Source of the DNA: Alkalispirochaeta sp.
GTDB taxonomy: Bacteria; Spirochaetota; Spirochaetia; DSM-27196; Alkalispirochaetaceae
Assembly (NCBI GenBank): GCA_965601925.1
Contig: OZ271854.1
Span: 2,688,001 to 2,752,000, forward strand
Direction of reading: 5' to 3'
DNA length: 64,000 nucleotides
This document shows, in pieces, positions 20,241-30,258 of this stretch (positions are counted from its first letter, which is position 1; every line of letters starts with the position of its first letter). The position numbers and the translations under genes are program-made. The notes below the pieces were generated by a model. That model worked only from the letters and a program-made list of their open reading frames with translations. It ran no database searches and was not told where the DNA came from.

Positions 20241-21866
20241 ATGTCCGACCGGTGCACGGTTGCGATCGTTGATGACGAAGAGATCATTCGCGACGGTCTC
20301 AAGCGGGTCGTCGAATGGGATCGATACGGCTTTTCGGTCGTCGCAACATTTGCCTCGGCCGCCGAGGTCGTCGCGTATCCGACCGAAGCGTCCCTCGATC
20401 TGTTGATCGTCGATGTGCGCATGCCTCTTACCGACGGGCTGGAGCTTATCCGTGAGTTGAAGCGTTTGCGACCCGCGCTTTGTACCATCATTCTCAGCGG
20501 TCACGACAGCTTTGAGTACGCTCGTGAGGCGATCGATCTGGGAGTCCTCGGATACCTCCTGAAGCCGGTACGTATCGAACAACTCGAGGTTGCGTTGGCC
20601 AGAGCACGGGAGGCGATCGTCGTCGGTCGTCGGCATTCGCGGGCAAGAGATCGCGTCCGCTCGGTCCCCGATGCGTTAGGATACGTCTTGGAACGGGGCG
20701 AGGCGGTGCGTTGGGACGACCGCCGACTGCGGGAACTGGCCCCGTGGCTCTCTCGTCCACCCGTGGCGCTCGTGTTGGTCGATCTCCTTCCCTCCGTTGT
20801 CGCCGGGGACCACTCTTTTCCGATGAGCACCCACGAAGCTTCCCGCGCCGTAATTCGGCGTATCGTCTCGGGGCGGGACGGGCTGTACGTCGCAGTTCCG
20901 CTGTACGGTCTGGGCGGCGTGCTTCTCTTGTTGCGGTCCGACGCCGCGGTAACGCGTGTGGAGACGGCGGTGAGCCGCGCGTGCGACGAGGTCGATGGAA
21001 CGACGTGTCGACCGGCGTGGGCGGGTGCCTACACGACACACCTCGGCGAGTATCTCGATCGATCGACCGTCGAGCTCCTCACGCACATTTTGGAGTCGCG
21101 CTGGTGGGAGGGCGTCGAGGCGATATACGACGAGTCGACTCGCCGGCGCTATCCCGAGTCGCACCCACGGGGCGCGCAGATCGTGGCGCTCAACGCACCG
21201 GAGTACGCCCGGCGCCTGGCGCGCGCAATCGACGAGGGTGACGCGACATCCGCCGCGGAGGCGGTTCGACGCGTCGTGGCAGACATGGAGCGCGAAGGCG
21301 TCGTCGATCCCGGAGCGCTCTCCGGTCTGGTCGTCGCGCTTTCGGGGCTCATCGGTCACGCTTTAGCCGAGCGAGGCATCGACCAGCGGTCGCTCGATTT
21401 GGGCGACGCTTTGGATGTGGGGCGCCGGATCGCCGGATACAGCTTTCGAACGCTTCGCGACCATTTGAGCCGTGTCGTCGAGGCGGCGGCGGCGCAGCGC
21501 GCCGGAACGACGAGGCGCCCGCATAACCATACGATCAATACGGCTCTGGACGAGATTGCGCGCCGATACGCGGAAAACATCGGTCTGGGAGAGGTTGCCG
21601 ACGCGGTCGGCGTAACGCCGTCCCACTTAAGCCGGCTCTTCCGCAACGTAATGAATCAGTCGTTTAAAGAGTATCTGACCCTCGTGCGAATCGACGAGGC
21701 GAAGCGACTCCTTATCTCCTCCACCGATCGTATCTACCAAATCGCCGGTGCGGTGGGATTTCGTGAGCAGCGCTACTTCAGCGAGGTGTTTCGCCGGTAT
21801 ACCGGTAAGACCCCGGGACAGTACCGTAACGAGGGAGTCGGCGCGCGTCTCGGATCGGTCCGGTGA
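20241..21866 (+). CDS. Two-component response regulator, REC plus AraC HTH (YesN-like)
   Basis: VDDE, DVRMP..DG, GYLLKP; C-terminal HLSRLF...RIDEAKRLL...YFSEVFRR..G.TP..YR. Confidence 0.92.
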   Translation: MSDRCTVAIVDDEEIIRDGLKRVVEWDRYGFSVVATFASAAEVVAYPTEASLDLLIVDVRMPLTDGLELIRELKRLRPALCTIILSGHDSFEYAREAIDLGVLGYLLKPVRIEQLEVALARAREAIVVGRRHSRARDRVRSVPDALGYVLERGEAVRWDDRRLRELAPWLSRPPVALVLVDLLPSVVAGDHSFPMSTHEASRAVIRRIVSGRDGLYVAVPLYGLGGVLLLLRSDAAVTRVETAVSRACDEVDGTTCRPAWAGAYTTHLGEYLDRSTVELLTHILESRWWEGVEAIYDESTRRRYPESHPRGAQIVALNAPEYARRLARAIDEGDATSAAEAVRRVVADMEREGVVDPGALSGLVVALSGLIGHALAERGIDQRSLDLGDALDVGRRIAGYSFRTLRDHLSRVVEAAAAQRAGTTRRPHNHTINTALDEIARRYAENIGLGEVADAVGVTPSHLSRLFRNVMNQSFKEYLTLVRIDEAKRLLISSTDRIYQIAGAVGFREQRYFSEVFRRYTGKTPGQYRNEGVGARLGSVR

Positions 21867-23686
21867 AGCTCTCCCTCCGCCTCGGACTCGCATACGGATT
21901 TCTCTTTGCCGCCTTCTTGACCGTAACCGGTATTACGTTGTTGGTGACCGTGCGCCGTACCGTGTCGCATACCATCGTCGAGGGGCTGATCGATGTGGCG
22001 ACGATCGCCGCCCACCACGTGAACCGGAGTACGTGGTCGCGGTGGGAGCTGTTGGAACGTAACCGCAGAATCGTTGAACAGTGGGTGGCGAACGCCGGGC
22101 CCGACTACGGTACCGCGTACACTCTCGGCGTCCATTCCGACTACTCCGAGCAACCGCGGGAGGTGGTAATGCCGGCGCTCTTGAGTCTGGAGCCGGACAC
22201 GCCGCTCGAGGTGACCGTCGACCGTCTCTCCCGCGCTACCGAAGGCGAGGTCGCCCTTGTGCAGGCGACTCCCTTCGGCTTGGTGATCGTAGAGTCCACC
22301 GGGGGCGAGGAGAGCGAGCGTGGGCGAGGATATCTTTGGCCCTCTTCGTCGGCGCTCGGACGGCTCATCGACGCCCACGACGAGTGGATCGGGCGCGAGT
22401 ATGTCGACGGCGCATGGTACCTCTGTGCGTATCTCCCCCTACCGAGGTCGGTTGGACCGAAGCTCTATGTGCGTATCGCCGTCGCCCAGGTGGAGATGCA
22501 GCTGTTGACCCGCGACCTGGCCGATATCGAGGTCGGAGAGGGTGGATTCGTCTATATTCTCGACACCTCCGCCAACGTCGTATTCGATCCCGACCCGCGA
22601 CGAGAGGGAGAGAATCTCAGCGTCGAGCCGTATGCGCGCGAGATATCGTTCGGACGCTCCGGGACGATCGCATACACGACCGATCGGCACTACCTGGCGG
22701 CGTACCAATTCGTCGCCTCGATGAACTGGATCGTCGTGGTGGCGACGACCGCCGAGGGTGCCTTACGCGATATCGACACCCTCACTCGGCTGTTCGCGGC
22801 GATGTTCTCAAGCGCGGTACTCTTAGCCATGGGAGTCAGCCTTCTGCTCGGGCGCCAGATCAGCCGTCCCATCACCGAGATCGCGCGCCGCTTTCAGGAG
22901 ATCGCCGACGGCGAAGGGGATAGCGTCGCGGTCGACATGCCGCCGAACGCCAGTCGCGAGGTGTACGCGCTGGCGCGCGATTTTAACCGTTTCGTCCATC
23001 GAAGCATGGAACTGAACGAGTTGGAGCGGCGAGAGATCGCTCTCGAGTTGCGTCAGGAGCAGATGAAGGCGCTCCAAGCGCAGATTAACCCCCACTTTCT
23101 GTACAACACGCTCGAGACGATCAGATTTCTGATCGAGATGGGCGATGGACGCGCCGTCTCCACCGTCCAAACTTTGAGTGATCTCTTTCGGGTGAGTCTC
23201 GCGAAGGGAGAACGCTTTACGACCCTCGCCGACGAGGTGCGCCACGCAGCCCTCTACTTCGAGATCCAGCGGATTCGATACGCCTCCGCATTGCGTCTCG
23301 AGTGTAGTGTCCCCGACGAGTTGGCGGATTCTCACGTCTTGAGTTTCTTTTTGCAGCCGATCGTCGAAAATGCGGTGGTACACGGAATTGTACCGACGAG
23401 TAGACCCGGCACGGTAACGGTCTCGGCGCGGCGCGAGGAGGAAGACCTCTATGTGGAGGTCGCCGACGATGGTGTCGGTATGCCGTCGGACCATTTGCAA
23501 CGCCTTCGACAAGGGTTGGAACGGCGCGAAGAGGGACGGGAAGGGATCGGTCTCGGAAATGTCCATGAGCGGCTGCGGTTGAGCTTCGGGCCGCGCTACG
23601 GGCTCTCAATCGAGGCCCGCCCTTCGGAGGGTACCACCGTTCGGCTGGTCATGCCTGCGGACCCTCACCGGCGTTCTTTTTTCTAA
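21863..23686 (+). CDS. Sensor histidine kinase (YesM-like, Cache/HAMP)
   Basis: Two TMs, Cache-like region, LQAQINPHFLYNTL, LQPIVENAVVHG, DDGVG, GIGL.NV. Confidence 0.92.
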   Translation: MKLSLRLGLAYGFLFAAFLTVTGITLLVTVRRTVSHTIVEGLIDVATIAAHHVNRSTWSRWELLERNRRIVEQWVANAGPDYGTAYTLGVHSDYSEQPREVVMPALLSLEPDTPLEVTVDRLSRATEGEVALVQATPFGLVIVESTGGEESERGRGYLWPSSSALGRLIDAHDEWIGREYVDGAWYLCAYLPLPRSVGPKLYVRIAVAQVEMQLLTRDLADIEVGEGGFVYILDTSANVVFDPDPRREGENLSVEPYAREISFGRSGTIAYTTDRHYLAAYQFVASMNWIVVVATTAEGALRDIDTLTRLFAAMFSSAVLLAMGVSLLLGRQISRPITEIARRFQEIADGEGDSVAVDMPPNASREVYALARDFNRFVHRSMELNELERREIALELRQEQMKALQAQINPHFLYNTLETIRFLIEMGDGRAVSTVQTLSDLFRVSLAKGERFTTLADEVRHAALYFEIQRIRYASALRLECSVPDELADSHVLSFFLQPIVENAVVHGIVPTSRPGTVTVSARREEEDLYVEVADDGVGMPSDHLQRLRQGLERREEGREGIGLGNVHERLRLSFGPRYGLSIEARPSEGTTVRLVMPADPHRRSFF

Positions 23687-23849
23687 TTGCTTCTTCAATG
23701 ATGAAAGTGTTCCGTGTCCGCACTATCTCAATATGCGATATGTCGCGCGCCGTGATCGGGAGATAGCGACAAAAGGGGCGAAGATACGCGCCGTTTCGGC
23801 AGTCTCATGTTATGGAATCTGATGAATTGTCAAAAAAACCGCAGTTGAA

Positions 23850-23878
23850 ATTTCATAATTTTCATCTCAATATGAAAT
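23850..23878. promoter_or_regulatory. Candidate operator ATTTCAT-N15-ATGAAAT upstream of the ABC transporter operon
   Basis: Same inverted repeat and spacing as 17349-17377; overlaps a TGAAATTTCA palindrome (23846-23855) just upstream of the AAGGAG RBS. Confidence 0.7.
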
Positions 23879-23894
23879 CAGAAAGGAGAATCGT

Positions 23895-24902
23895 ATGCGA
23901 AGACTGATGCTAATCGTAGTAGTGCTCTTCATTGGAATCGGTGCGCTATCGTTTGCCGGGGGCGCTCAAGAAGGCGACGGAGAGGTGACGATCGCCTTTC
24001 TTTTCCAGGATCTCGAGACGGAGTTTTGGGTCGCCGGTCACAAGGCTATCACCGACACGTTGCGGGAGGCGGGCATCACCGTGATTGAGCGCAACGCGAG
24101 CGAAGACGCCAACCGTCAGCTCGAACAGACGCGCGACGTGATCGCCCAGGACGTCGACGGCATTATCATCATCCCTCAAGACGGTGAGAGCGCCCTGACG
24201 ATTATCGGTGAAGCGAACGACGCGGAGATTCCCATCGGAGTCTTCAATCGGCCGCCTTCAACCGACGACGGCGAGGCGATCGTGGTCGTGGCGAACAACG
24301 AGATTATCGCCGAGGCGGCGGTCGAGCACATGGCCCAAAAGGCGAGAGAACTCGGTCGGCGCGTTACACCTGCGATCATGGTCGGTGATCTCGGCGATCC
24401 CAACGCCGTCGGACGGCGCCAGGGTTTCATGAACGTCATCGACCGTTATCCCGAGCTGTGGACCGGTCCTCCCATCGAGATTCCGACGCGCTGGGATTCC
24501 AATACCGCCCTCGCAAATCTGCAGAGTGCGATGCAGGCGAACCCGGATATCGATTTTCTCTTCACCTCGAGCGATTTCCTCTTCCCGGTGATTCGGTCCG
24601 TGCTGGCGCCGCTCGGTAAATGGCAGACGATCGGACACCCCGATCACGTGATCCTCGGTGGTCTCGACGGAGACATGACCGCGTGCGAGTTGATCGACCA
24701 GGGATTTCTGGACTCGACGGGCGTACAAAACCTCTTTGCCGAGGCGGAGATGATCCTCGACGCGATGCTGGCGGCGATCGATGCCGGCCAGACGCGCCCC
24801 GACGAGTGGCTGCTCGACGAGGGATTCGCTCTTACCGGGGACAACTTCCAGGACCGATCCATGGAGATGTGGGGCTGCGTGTTGCTCGCCGAGCAACAGT
24901 AG
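23895..24902 (+). CDS. Sugar ABC transporter substrate-binding protein (RbsB-like)
   Basis: Signal 'SFAGGAQE', periplasmic-binding fold patterns (DGIII.P, R..GF, GGLDG), strong RBS. Confidence 0.9.
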   Translation: MRRLMLIVVVLFIGIGALSFAGGAQEGDGEVTIAFLFQDLETEFWVAGHKAITDTLREAGITVIERNASEDANRQLEQTRDVIAQDVDGIIIIPQDGESALTIIGEANDAEIPIGVFNRPPSTDDGEAIVVVANNEIIAEAAVEHMAQKARELGRRVTPAIMVGDLGDPNAVGRRQGFMNVIDRYPELWTGPPIEIPTRWDSNTALANLQSAMQANPDIDFLFTSSDFLFPVIRSVLAPLGKWQTIGHPDHVILGGLDGDMTACELIDQGFLDSTGVQNLFAEAEMILDAMLAAIDAGQTRPDEWLLDEGFALTGDNFQDRSMEMWGCVLLAEQQ

Positions 24903-24934
24903 CAACGAGCCGCTTTCACGTACTACAGCGCGTG

Positions 24935-24983
24935 CGCGGCGCGGCTCTCGACGACACGCGTGTCGGAGAGCGCGCCCGCCGCG
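24935..24983 (+). other. GC-rich intercistronic stem-loop after the binding-protein gene (likely mRNA stabiliser)
   Basis: GCTCTC/GAGAGC and CGACAC/GTGTCG pairings, no U-tract. Confidence 0.45.
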
Positions 24984-25000
24984 GTAAGGCGAGAGATTCA

Positions 25001-26092
25001 ATGGCAGAACAGCTACCCGGTCCGCGCCCGGATGAGATGATACCGCGACACGGCGCCGTCACGACGCTCTTCAGGAGGGTCATACTCTCTGAATACTTCG
25101 TTTTGATACTCACCATCGTCTATTTTCTGGCGGTGTGGGCCTTCGTGCCGTGGCTCGGTCGCCCGCGCAACCTCTTGAATATCACCTCCAACGTGTGGCC
25201 CCTTCTCGCCGTCGCGGTAGGGCAAACGTTTGTGTTGATCGTTGCCGGTATCGACCTCTCTCAGGTGGCGGTCATGTCCCTTACCAGCGTCGTCGGCGCC
25301 GGGATCATGACCCAGGCATTGGACCCGGTCCTCTTTACCAAGAGCCCCCTATGGGGGTGGTTTTTGACCGAGTCGGGCGGCCCGCTTTCGGGCTCGCCGC
25401 TGGCCATTCCCGTCGCCGTCGTCGCGATGATCGCCGTGGCTGCGTTGATCGGCGCTATAAACGGCTTTTCGGTGGGAACCCTTCGCATGCCGGCGTTCAT
25501 GGTAACCCTCGTGATGTTCATGTTGGGTTCGGCGGTGGCGGTCTTTCTCCCGCGTTCGGAAAACATTCGAAGCCTTCCCGCTGCGTTCAACGCCATCGAG
25601 GACGGGTGGGGCATCTTCTCGCCGGCGATGGGGATTGCGATCCTTTGGACGATCATCGCCCACATCATCCTCAGTCGTACGCTGTTGGGTCGCTGGATGT
25701 ACGCGGTCGGCCTCAACGAGCGCACGGCGCGCGTATCGGGCGTTCCGACGCGCCGAGTTATCGTCTTTGCGTATTCGTTCTCGGCGGCGTCCGCCGCGGT
25801 CGGGGCCATGCTTTACACGGCACGCATGGAGGCGGGACGGCCGACGCTCGGCGGGTTGTCGCTCATCCTGGATATCGTCGGGGCCAACATCATCGGCGGC
25901 ATGAGCCTTACCGGCGGGCGCGGCAAGATCCCGTGGACCGTGTTTGGGGTCGTCTTTTTCGTCGTCCTCGCCAATACCCTGAGTCAGATGAACCTCGACT
26001 CGTTCTCAATCGACATCGTTCGCGGCTGCGTTATCCTTCTCGCCGCGCTCTTGGACGTGTCGCGCAATCGGATGAAGGAGGCGCGCTCGTGA
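25001..26092 (+). CDS. Sugar ABC transporter permease
   Basis: GQTFVLI.AGIDLS, GR..YAVG.N...A..SGV, IGG.S..GG.G motifs. Confidence 0.9.
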   Translation: MAEQLPGPRPDEMIPRHGAVTTLFRRVILSEYFVLILTIVYFLAVWAFVPWLGRPRNLLNITSNVWPLLAVAVGQTFVLIVAGIDLSQVAVMSLTSVVGAGIMTQALDPVLFTKSPLWGWFLTESGGPLSGSPLAIPVAVVAMIAVAALIGAINGFSVGTLRMPAFMVTLVMFMLGSAVAVFLPRSENIRSLPAAFNAIEDGWGIFSPAMGIAILWTIIAHIILSRTLLGRWMYAVGLNERTARVSGVPTRRVIVFAYSFSAASAAVGAMLYTARMEAGRPTLGGLSLILDIVGANIIGGMSLTGGRGKIPWTVFGVVFFVVLANTLSQMNLDSFSIDIVRGCVILLAALLDVSRNRMKEARS

Positions 26093-27714
26093 TGTACGAC
26101 GCTCCGCTGTCCCCATCCGGTGCGACCCCATCGCCACCCGTCGAGGAGGCGAGTATCGCGATCCGATTCGTCGACGTCACCAGAAGCTTTGCCGGTATCC
26201 GAGCGCTCAAGGGCGTATCCTTCGCCATGGCACGCGGATCGGTAACGGGAATCGTCGGCGAGAACGGCGCCGGGAAGACGACGCTGATGAACGTACTCGG
26301 CGGTGTGTTGCAGCCCGACTCCGGCGCGATGGTTCTCGACGGTCGGCCGTATCGGCCCGAGAATCCCTCCGCGGCGATTGAACACGGTGTCGGGTTCATT
26401 CACCAGGAGCTCAACCTTTTCGCCAACCTTTCGATCGCCGAGAACATATTCATCGACCGCTTCCCGACGTTCGCACCCGTGCCTCTCGTACGCAAGAAGC
26501 GACTGCTCGACGATACGAGGCCGTTATTGGAGGCCGTCGGTCTGGAGGTCGACCCGGCGACGCTCGTGGAGACGCTCTCTCCGGGGGAAAGGCAGTTGGT
26601 CGAGATCGCAAAGGCGCTCGCCGCCGATGCGCGTATTATCATCTTCGATGAACCGACGACTTCGCTTACCGCCAAGGAGACCGAGCGCCTCTTCGGGCTG
26701 ATTGAGCGGTTGAAGGGGCAGGGGACGGCGATCGCCTACATTTCGCACATCCTCAAAGACGTGATGCGCCTTGCCGATACGGTCGTCGTCCTCAGAGACG
26801 GTGAACTCGTCGAGACCGGCCCCGTGGGGCGCTTCTCCATCGCCTCGATGATCGCCTCCATGGTGGGACGGACGATCGAGAATCTCTTCCCTGCTCACGT
26901 GAGTCACGCCTCGACGCACACGGCGCTCTCGGTGCACGGGCTCGGACGGGCCGGTATCGCACGAGACATCTCCTTCGACGTATATCGCGGAGAGATTTTC
27001 GGGCTTTTCGGTTTGATGGGATCGGGCAGAACCGAGGTCGCGCGTATGATCTTCGGTGTGGACCACCACGACACGGGAACGGTCACCGTTCATGGTACGT
27101 CGCTCCGGTCCGGAAGCATCTCCGCGCGCATTCATGAGCGCGTCGCATTCGTTACCGAAGATCGTCGCGAGGAGGGGTTGCTCATGGACGTATCGGTGGC
27201 CGAGAACATCGCCTTGGTCAATCTTCCCAGCATGTGCCGCACGGTATTGCGGGCGGTGGACGCCGACCGCGTCTTGACGTTGGCCCGCGATACCCAAGCG
27301 CGTTTGCGTATCAAGTCGGGCGCGGTCGAGTCGGCGAGCGCCAAGAGTTTGAGCGGTGGTAATCAACAAAAGGTCGTCATCGGAAAGTGGCTGGCCGGCG
27401 ATCCGCAAGTGCTGATTCTGGACGAGCCGACCCGTGGCATCGATGTGGGAGCGAAGTACGAGGTATACACCATTCTTCACGACCTCGCGGCGGCCGGGAC
27501 GGCGATTCTCGTCATCTCGTCCGAGCTCGAAGAGCTCGTTGGAATCTGTGATCGCATCGCCGTTATGAGTCGAGGGGAGATGACCGGCCTCTTCGATCGA
27601 TCGGACTTCGACAGCCGGCGTATTCTCTCGGCCGCCTTCGACGAGGCAGGCGTGCACGGTACGGACACCGACGGGGGGCATGAAGCCGGAGCCGGAGGGG
27701 AGAACGAGCGATGA
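26092..27714 (+). CDS. Sugar ABC transporter ATP-binding protein (RbsA-like, two NBDs)
   Basis: GENGAGKTT, FDEPT, LSGGNQQK, LDEPTRGIDVGAK; TGATG coupling to the permease stop. Confidence 0.93.
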   Translation: MYDAPLSPSGATPSPPVEEASIAIRFVDVTRSFAGIRALKGVSFAMARGSVTGIVGENGAGKTTLMNVLGGVLQPDSGAMVLDGRPYRPENPSAAIEHGVGFIHQELNLFANLSIAENIFIDRFPTFAPVPLVRKKRLLDDTRPLLEAVGLEVDPATLVETLSPGERQLVEIAKALAADARIIIFDEPTTSLTAKETERLFGLIERLKGQGTAIAYISHILKDVMRLADTVVVLRDGELVETGPVGRFSIASMIASMVGRTIENLFPAHVSHASTHTALSVHGLGRAGIARDISFDVYRGEIFGLFGLMGSGRTEVARMIFGVDHHDTGTVTVHGTSLRSGSISARIHERVAFVTEDRREEGLLMDVSVAENIALVNLPSMCRTVLRAVDADRVLTLARDTQARLRIKSGAVESASAKSLSGGNQQKVVIGKWLAGDPQVLILDEPTRGIDVGAKYEVYTILHDLAAAGTAILVISSELEELVGICDRIAVMSRGEMTGLFDRSDFDSRRILSAAFDEAGVHGTDTDGGHEAGAGGENER

Positions 27715-28697
27715 ACCGTGAAAGACTCCTGAAGTTCATCCTGTCCAACACGTCGGTGGTGATGTTCGCATTGCTTTTCGTGATTTTCGGTATCGCCGCA
27801 CCGCGCTTTTTCACGGTACGAAACGCCGAAAACATCGTGTACGCCGCAAGCTACATAGGAATCATGGCGATCGGTATGACCTTCGTCCTGCTCACCGGAG
27901 GAATCGACCTCTCGATCGGCTCCAACATGTATCTATCGAGTATCGTCGCCGGTATCGCCATTAACGTCTGGGGCGTACCCGTGTGGATCGCCGTGGCGAT
28001 CGCGCTCGGCGTGGGCGTAACGTTCGGTACGGTGAACGCGTTGTTGATTACTCGCGCCGGGCTCCTCCCGTTCGTGGCGACCCTGTGTACGCTCATCGCC
28101 GGTCGCGGCTTGGGCCTGTTCATTACTCGTTCCACCTCGGTCAACTTTCCCGAGGGCGTGACGATGATGGGTTCAATACGCGTCGGTGGAGTGGTGCTCC
28201 TACCGATCGTCATCTTTCTCGCCGTGCTTCTCGTCTCGCACATCTTCCTAACGCGTACGCAGATCGGACGACAGATATACGCCGTCGGATTCGATCGAGA
28301 TGCCGCCGCCAAGGCCGGTATCGATACGGTGAAAACGTTGGCCGCGGTCTACGTCTTGTGCGGCCTCTTCGCCGCTCTGGGCGGATTCGTGTCCGTCGCG
28401 CAACTCGGGCGGATCCAGCCCAACTTCGGCGAGGCCGACGAGTTGGACGCGATCGCCGCGGCGGTGCTCGGCGGCACGAGCCTCTTCGGCGGTATCGGTA
28501 CGGTACTGCCGGGAACGCTCTTGGGGACGATCATGATCCAGATGATTCAGGCGGGACTCGTCTTCGTGAACATGGACCTTTACATCCAACCGATTGTGAC
28601 CGCGGCGATCATTTTTCTGGCGGTCATGGTCGACAGCTTCCGCAGCCGACAGATTCAGCGGCTCCAGCGGCGGCGCATCTTGAGGCGTGAGGAGTGA
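27711..28697 (+). CDS. Sugar ABC transporter permease
   Basis: GMTFVLLTGGIDLSIG, ELDAIAAAVLGGTSL.GG.G. Confidence 0.92.
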   Translation: MNRERLLKFILSNTSVVMFALLFVIFGIAAPRFFTVRNAENIVYAASYIGIMAIGMTFVLLTGGIDLSIGSNMYLSSIVAGIAINVWGVPVWIAVAIALGVGVTFGTVNALLITRAGLLPFVATLCTLIAGRGLGLFITRSTSVNFPEGVTMMGSIRVGGVVLLPIVIFLAVLLVSHIFLTRTQIGRQIYAVGFDRDAAAKAGIDTVKTLAAVYVLCGLFAALGGFVSVAQLGRIQPNFGEADELDAIAAAVLGGTSLFGGIGTVLPGTLLGTIMIQMIQAGLVFVNMDLYIQPIVTAAIIFLAVMVDSFRSRQIQRLQRRRILRREE

Positions 28698-28701
28698 CGG
28701 C

Positions 28702-30258
28702 ATGGCGCGATATTTAGTCGGCATCGACTTCGGAACCGGAGGAGCGAAAGCGGCGGTCATCGACGAGGAGGGACATGACCTCGGATTTGCCTACGAAGAG
28801 TACGAAATCATTCGCGAGCGCCCCCTATGGTCGGAACACGAAGCACGGGAGTATTGGCCGATCGCCGGTCGTCTGATTCGCGCTGCGCTCGCGCGCGCCG
28901 GTGTTCCGGCGACGGCGGTAGCGGGGATCGCAGCGTCCTCGGCGCTCCCCTCGATGGTCATGGTGGATCGCGAAGGGCAGCCGATCAATCGGGGCTACAC
29001 GTTGATGGACCGCCGCGCCCGTGACGAGGTGGCGTGGCTTAAGGAGACGGTGGGCGAGGAGCGTTGTTACGAGTTGTCGGCCTATCGTGTCGAGGACCAC
29101 CCCCTGTTGGTCAATCTCCTTTGGGAAAAGCGGCGGCGACCGACGGACTACGCACGGATCGCCTCGGTCCTCACGATCGACGGATACATTACCTACAAGC
29201 TCACCGGCCGCGCCGTCGCCAACGTCGGGGCCGCCGCCTTCTACGGTCTGGCGTACGACATCCGCACGCGACGTTTCGACGTTTCGATGCTCGATGAGAT
29301 CGGTATCGACGGCGCCCTCCTGCCTGAGGTGCTGCCGAGTGAGGCGATCGTCGGCGAGGTCACCACAAGCGCCGCCGAGGTGACCGGGCTCGCTCCGGGA
29401 ACGCCGGTCGCGGCCGGGCAGGTCGACTGTAACGCCAGTTGGGTCGGCGCCGGCGCCACCGCGGTGGGCGACATCCAGAGCAACCTCGGCACGGTCGGTA
29501 ACTTCGGCATTATCCATCGCGATCTCGATTTTCTGTTCTCCGATATCGGAAAGAAGCTCATGAGTTTCCCGTATACCGTCGAGAGCGAGACGACGTACAT
29601 CACCGTGCCGACCACGATCACCGGCGGTCAAACGCTCCGCTATCTCCGCGACACCGTGGGACAGGCCGAACGGGAGGCAGAGCGTCTGACCGGGATATCG
29701 GCCTACGACAGCTTCACGGCGCTTGCCGCCACCGCCCCGGTCGGGTGCGACGGGTTGGTCGTATTGCCGTATCTCGCCGGAGAGCGCACGCCGATCTGGG
29801 ACGCCGACGCGCGCGCAGTCGTCTACGGCCTCTCGTTGCACCACGGTAAGGGACACCTTATACGCGGCTTCATGGAGGGGGTGGCCTACGCGATGTACGA
29901 CTCGTTTCGCTTGGTTCGCGAGGCCGGGATGACGGTCAACGTTCCGATGGTGCTCAATGAGGGGGGCGCCGTGAGTCCCTTGTGGCGGCGCATCATCACC
30001 GACGTGTTCGATGTCGAGACGGCGATGGTAAAGCGGCGGACCGGCGCGCCCTTCGGCGACGCGGTACTGGCCGGTGTCGCAACCGGCGTCTTTTCCTCCT
30101 TCGACGTCACGCGGAAATGGGTGGAGCTGGTGGACGCGATGGAGCCGGATCGCCGGAATCACGAGCGCTATATGGAGCTCTTTGAGGTCTACAAGACGGT
30201 ATACGAACGGACCAAGGATCAGTTCAAGGTCCTATCAGCGATAAGGAGCGGCGAATGA
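28702..30258 (+). CDS. FGGY-family carbohydrate kinase (xylulokinase-like)
   Basis: GIDFGT, LPYLAGERTP.WD..AR, GGA.S..W..I..DV. Confidence 0.9.
   Translation: MARYLVGIDFGTGGAKAAVIDEEGHDLGFAYEEYEIIRERPLWSEHEAREYWPIAGRLIRAALARAGVPATAVAGIAASSALPSMVMVDREGQPINRGYTLMDRRARDEVAWLKETVGEERCYELSAYRVEDHPLLVNLLWEKRRRPTDYARIASVLTIDGYITYKLTGRAVANVGAAAFYGLAYDIRTRRFDVSMLDEIGIDGALLPEVLPSEAIVGEVTTSAAEVTGLAPGTPVAAGQVDCNASWVGAGATAVGDIQSNLGTVGNFGIIHRDLDFLFSDIGKKLMSFPYTVESETTYITVPTTITGGQTLRYLRDTVGQAEREAERLTGISAYDSFTALAATAPVGCDGLVVLPYLAGERTPIWDADARAVVYGLSLHHGKGHLIRGFMEGVAYAMYDSFRLVREAGMTVNVPMVLNEGGAVSPLWRRIITDVFDVETAMVKRRTGAPFGDAVLAGVATGVFSSFDVTRKWVELVDAMEPDRRNHERYMELFEVYKTVYERTKDQFKVLSAIRSGE

Noticed and set aside
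24620..25000. N-terminal extension of the first sugar permease
   Set aside because: It overlaps the binding-protein gene and the intercistronic hairpin; ATG 25001 is the plausible start
25135..26091. Apparent 859-aa ABC ATPase with a long N-terminal extension
   Set aside because: The extension is an off-frame reading of the permease; the real start is the TGATG-coupled ATG 26092
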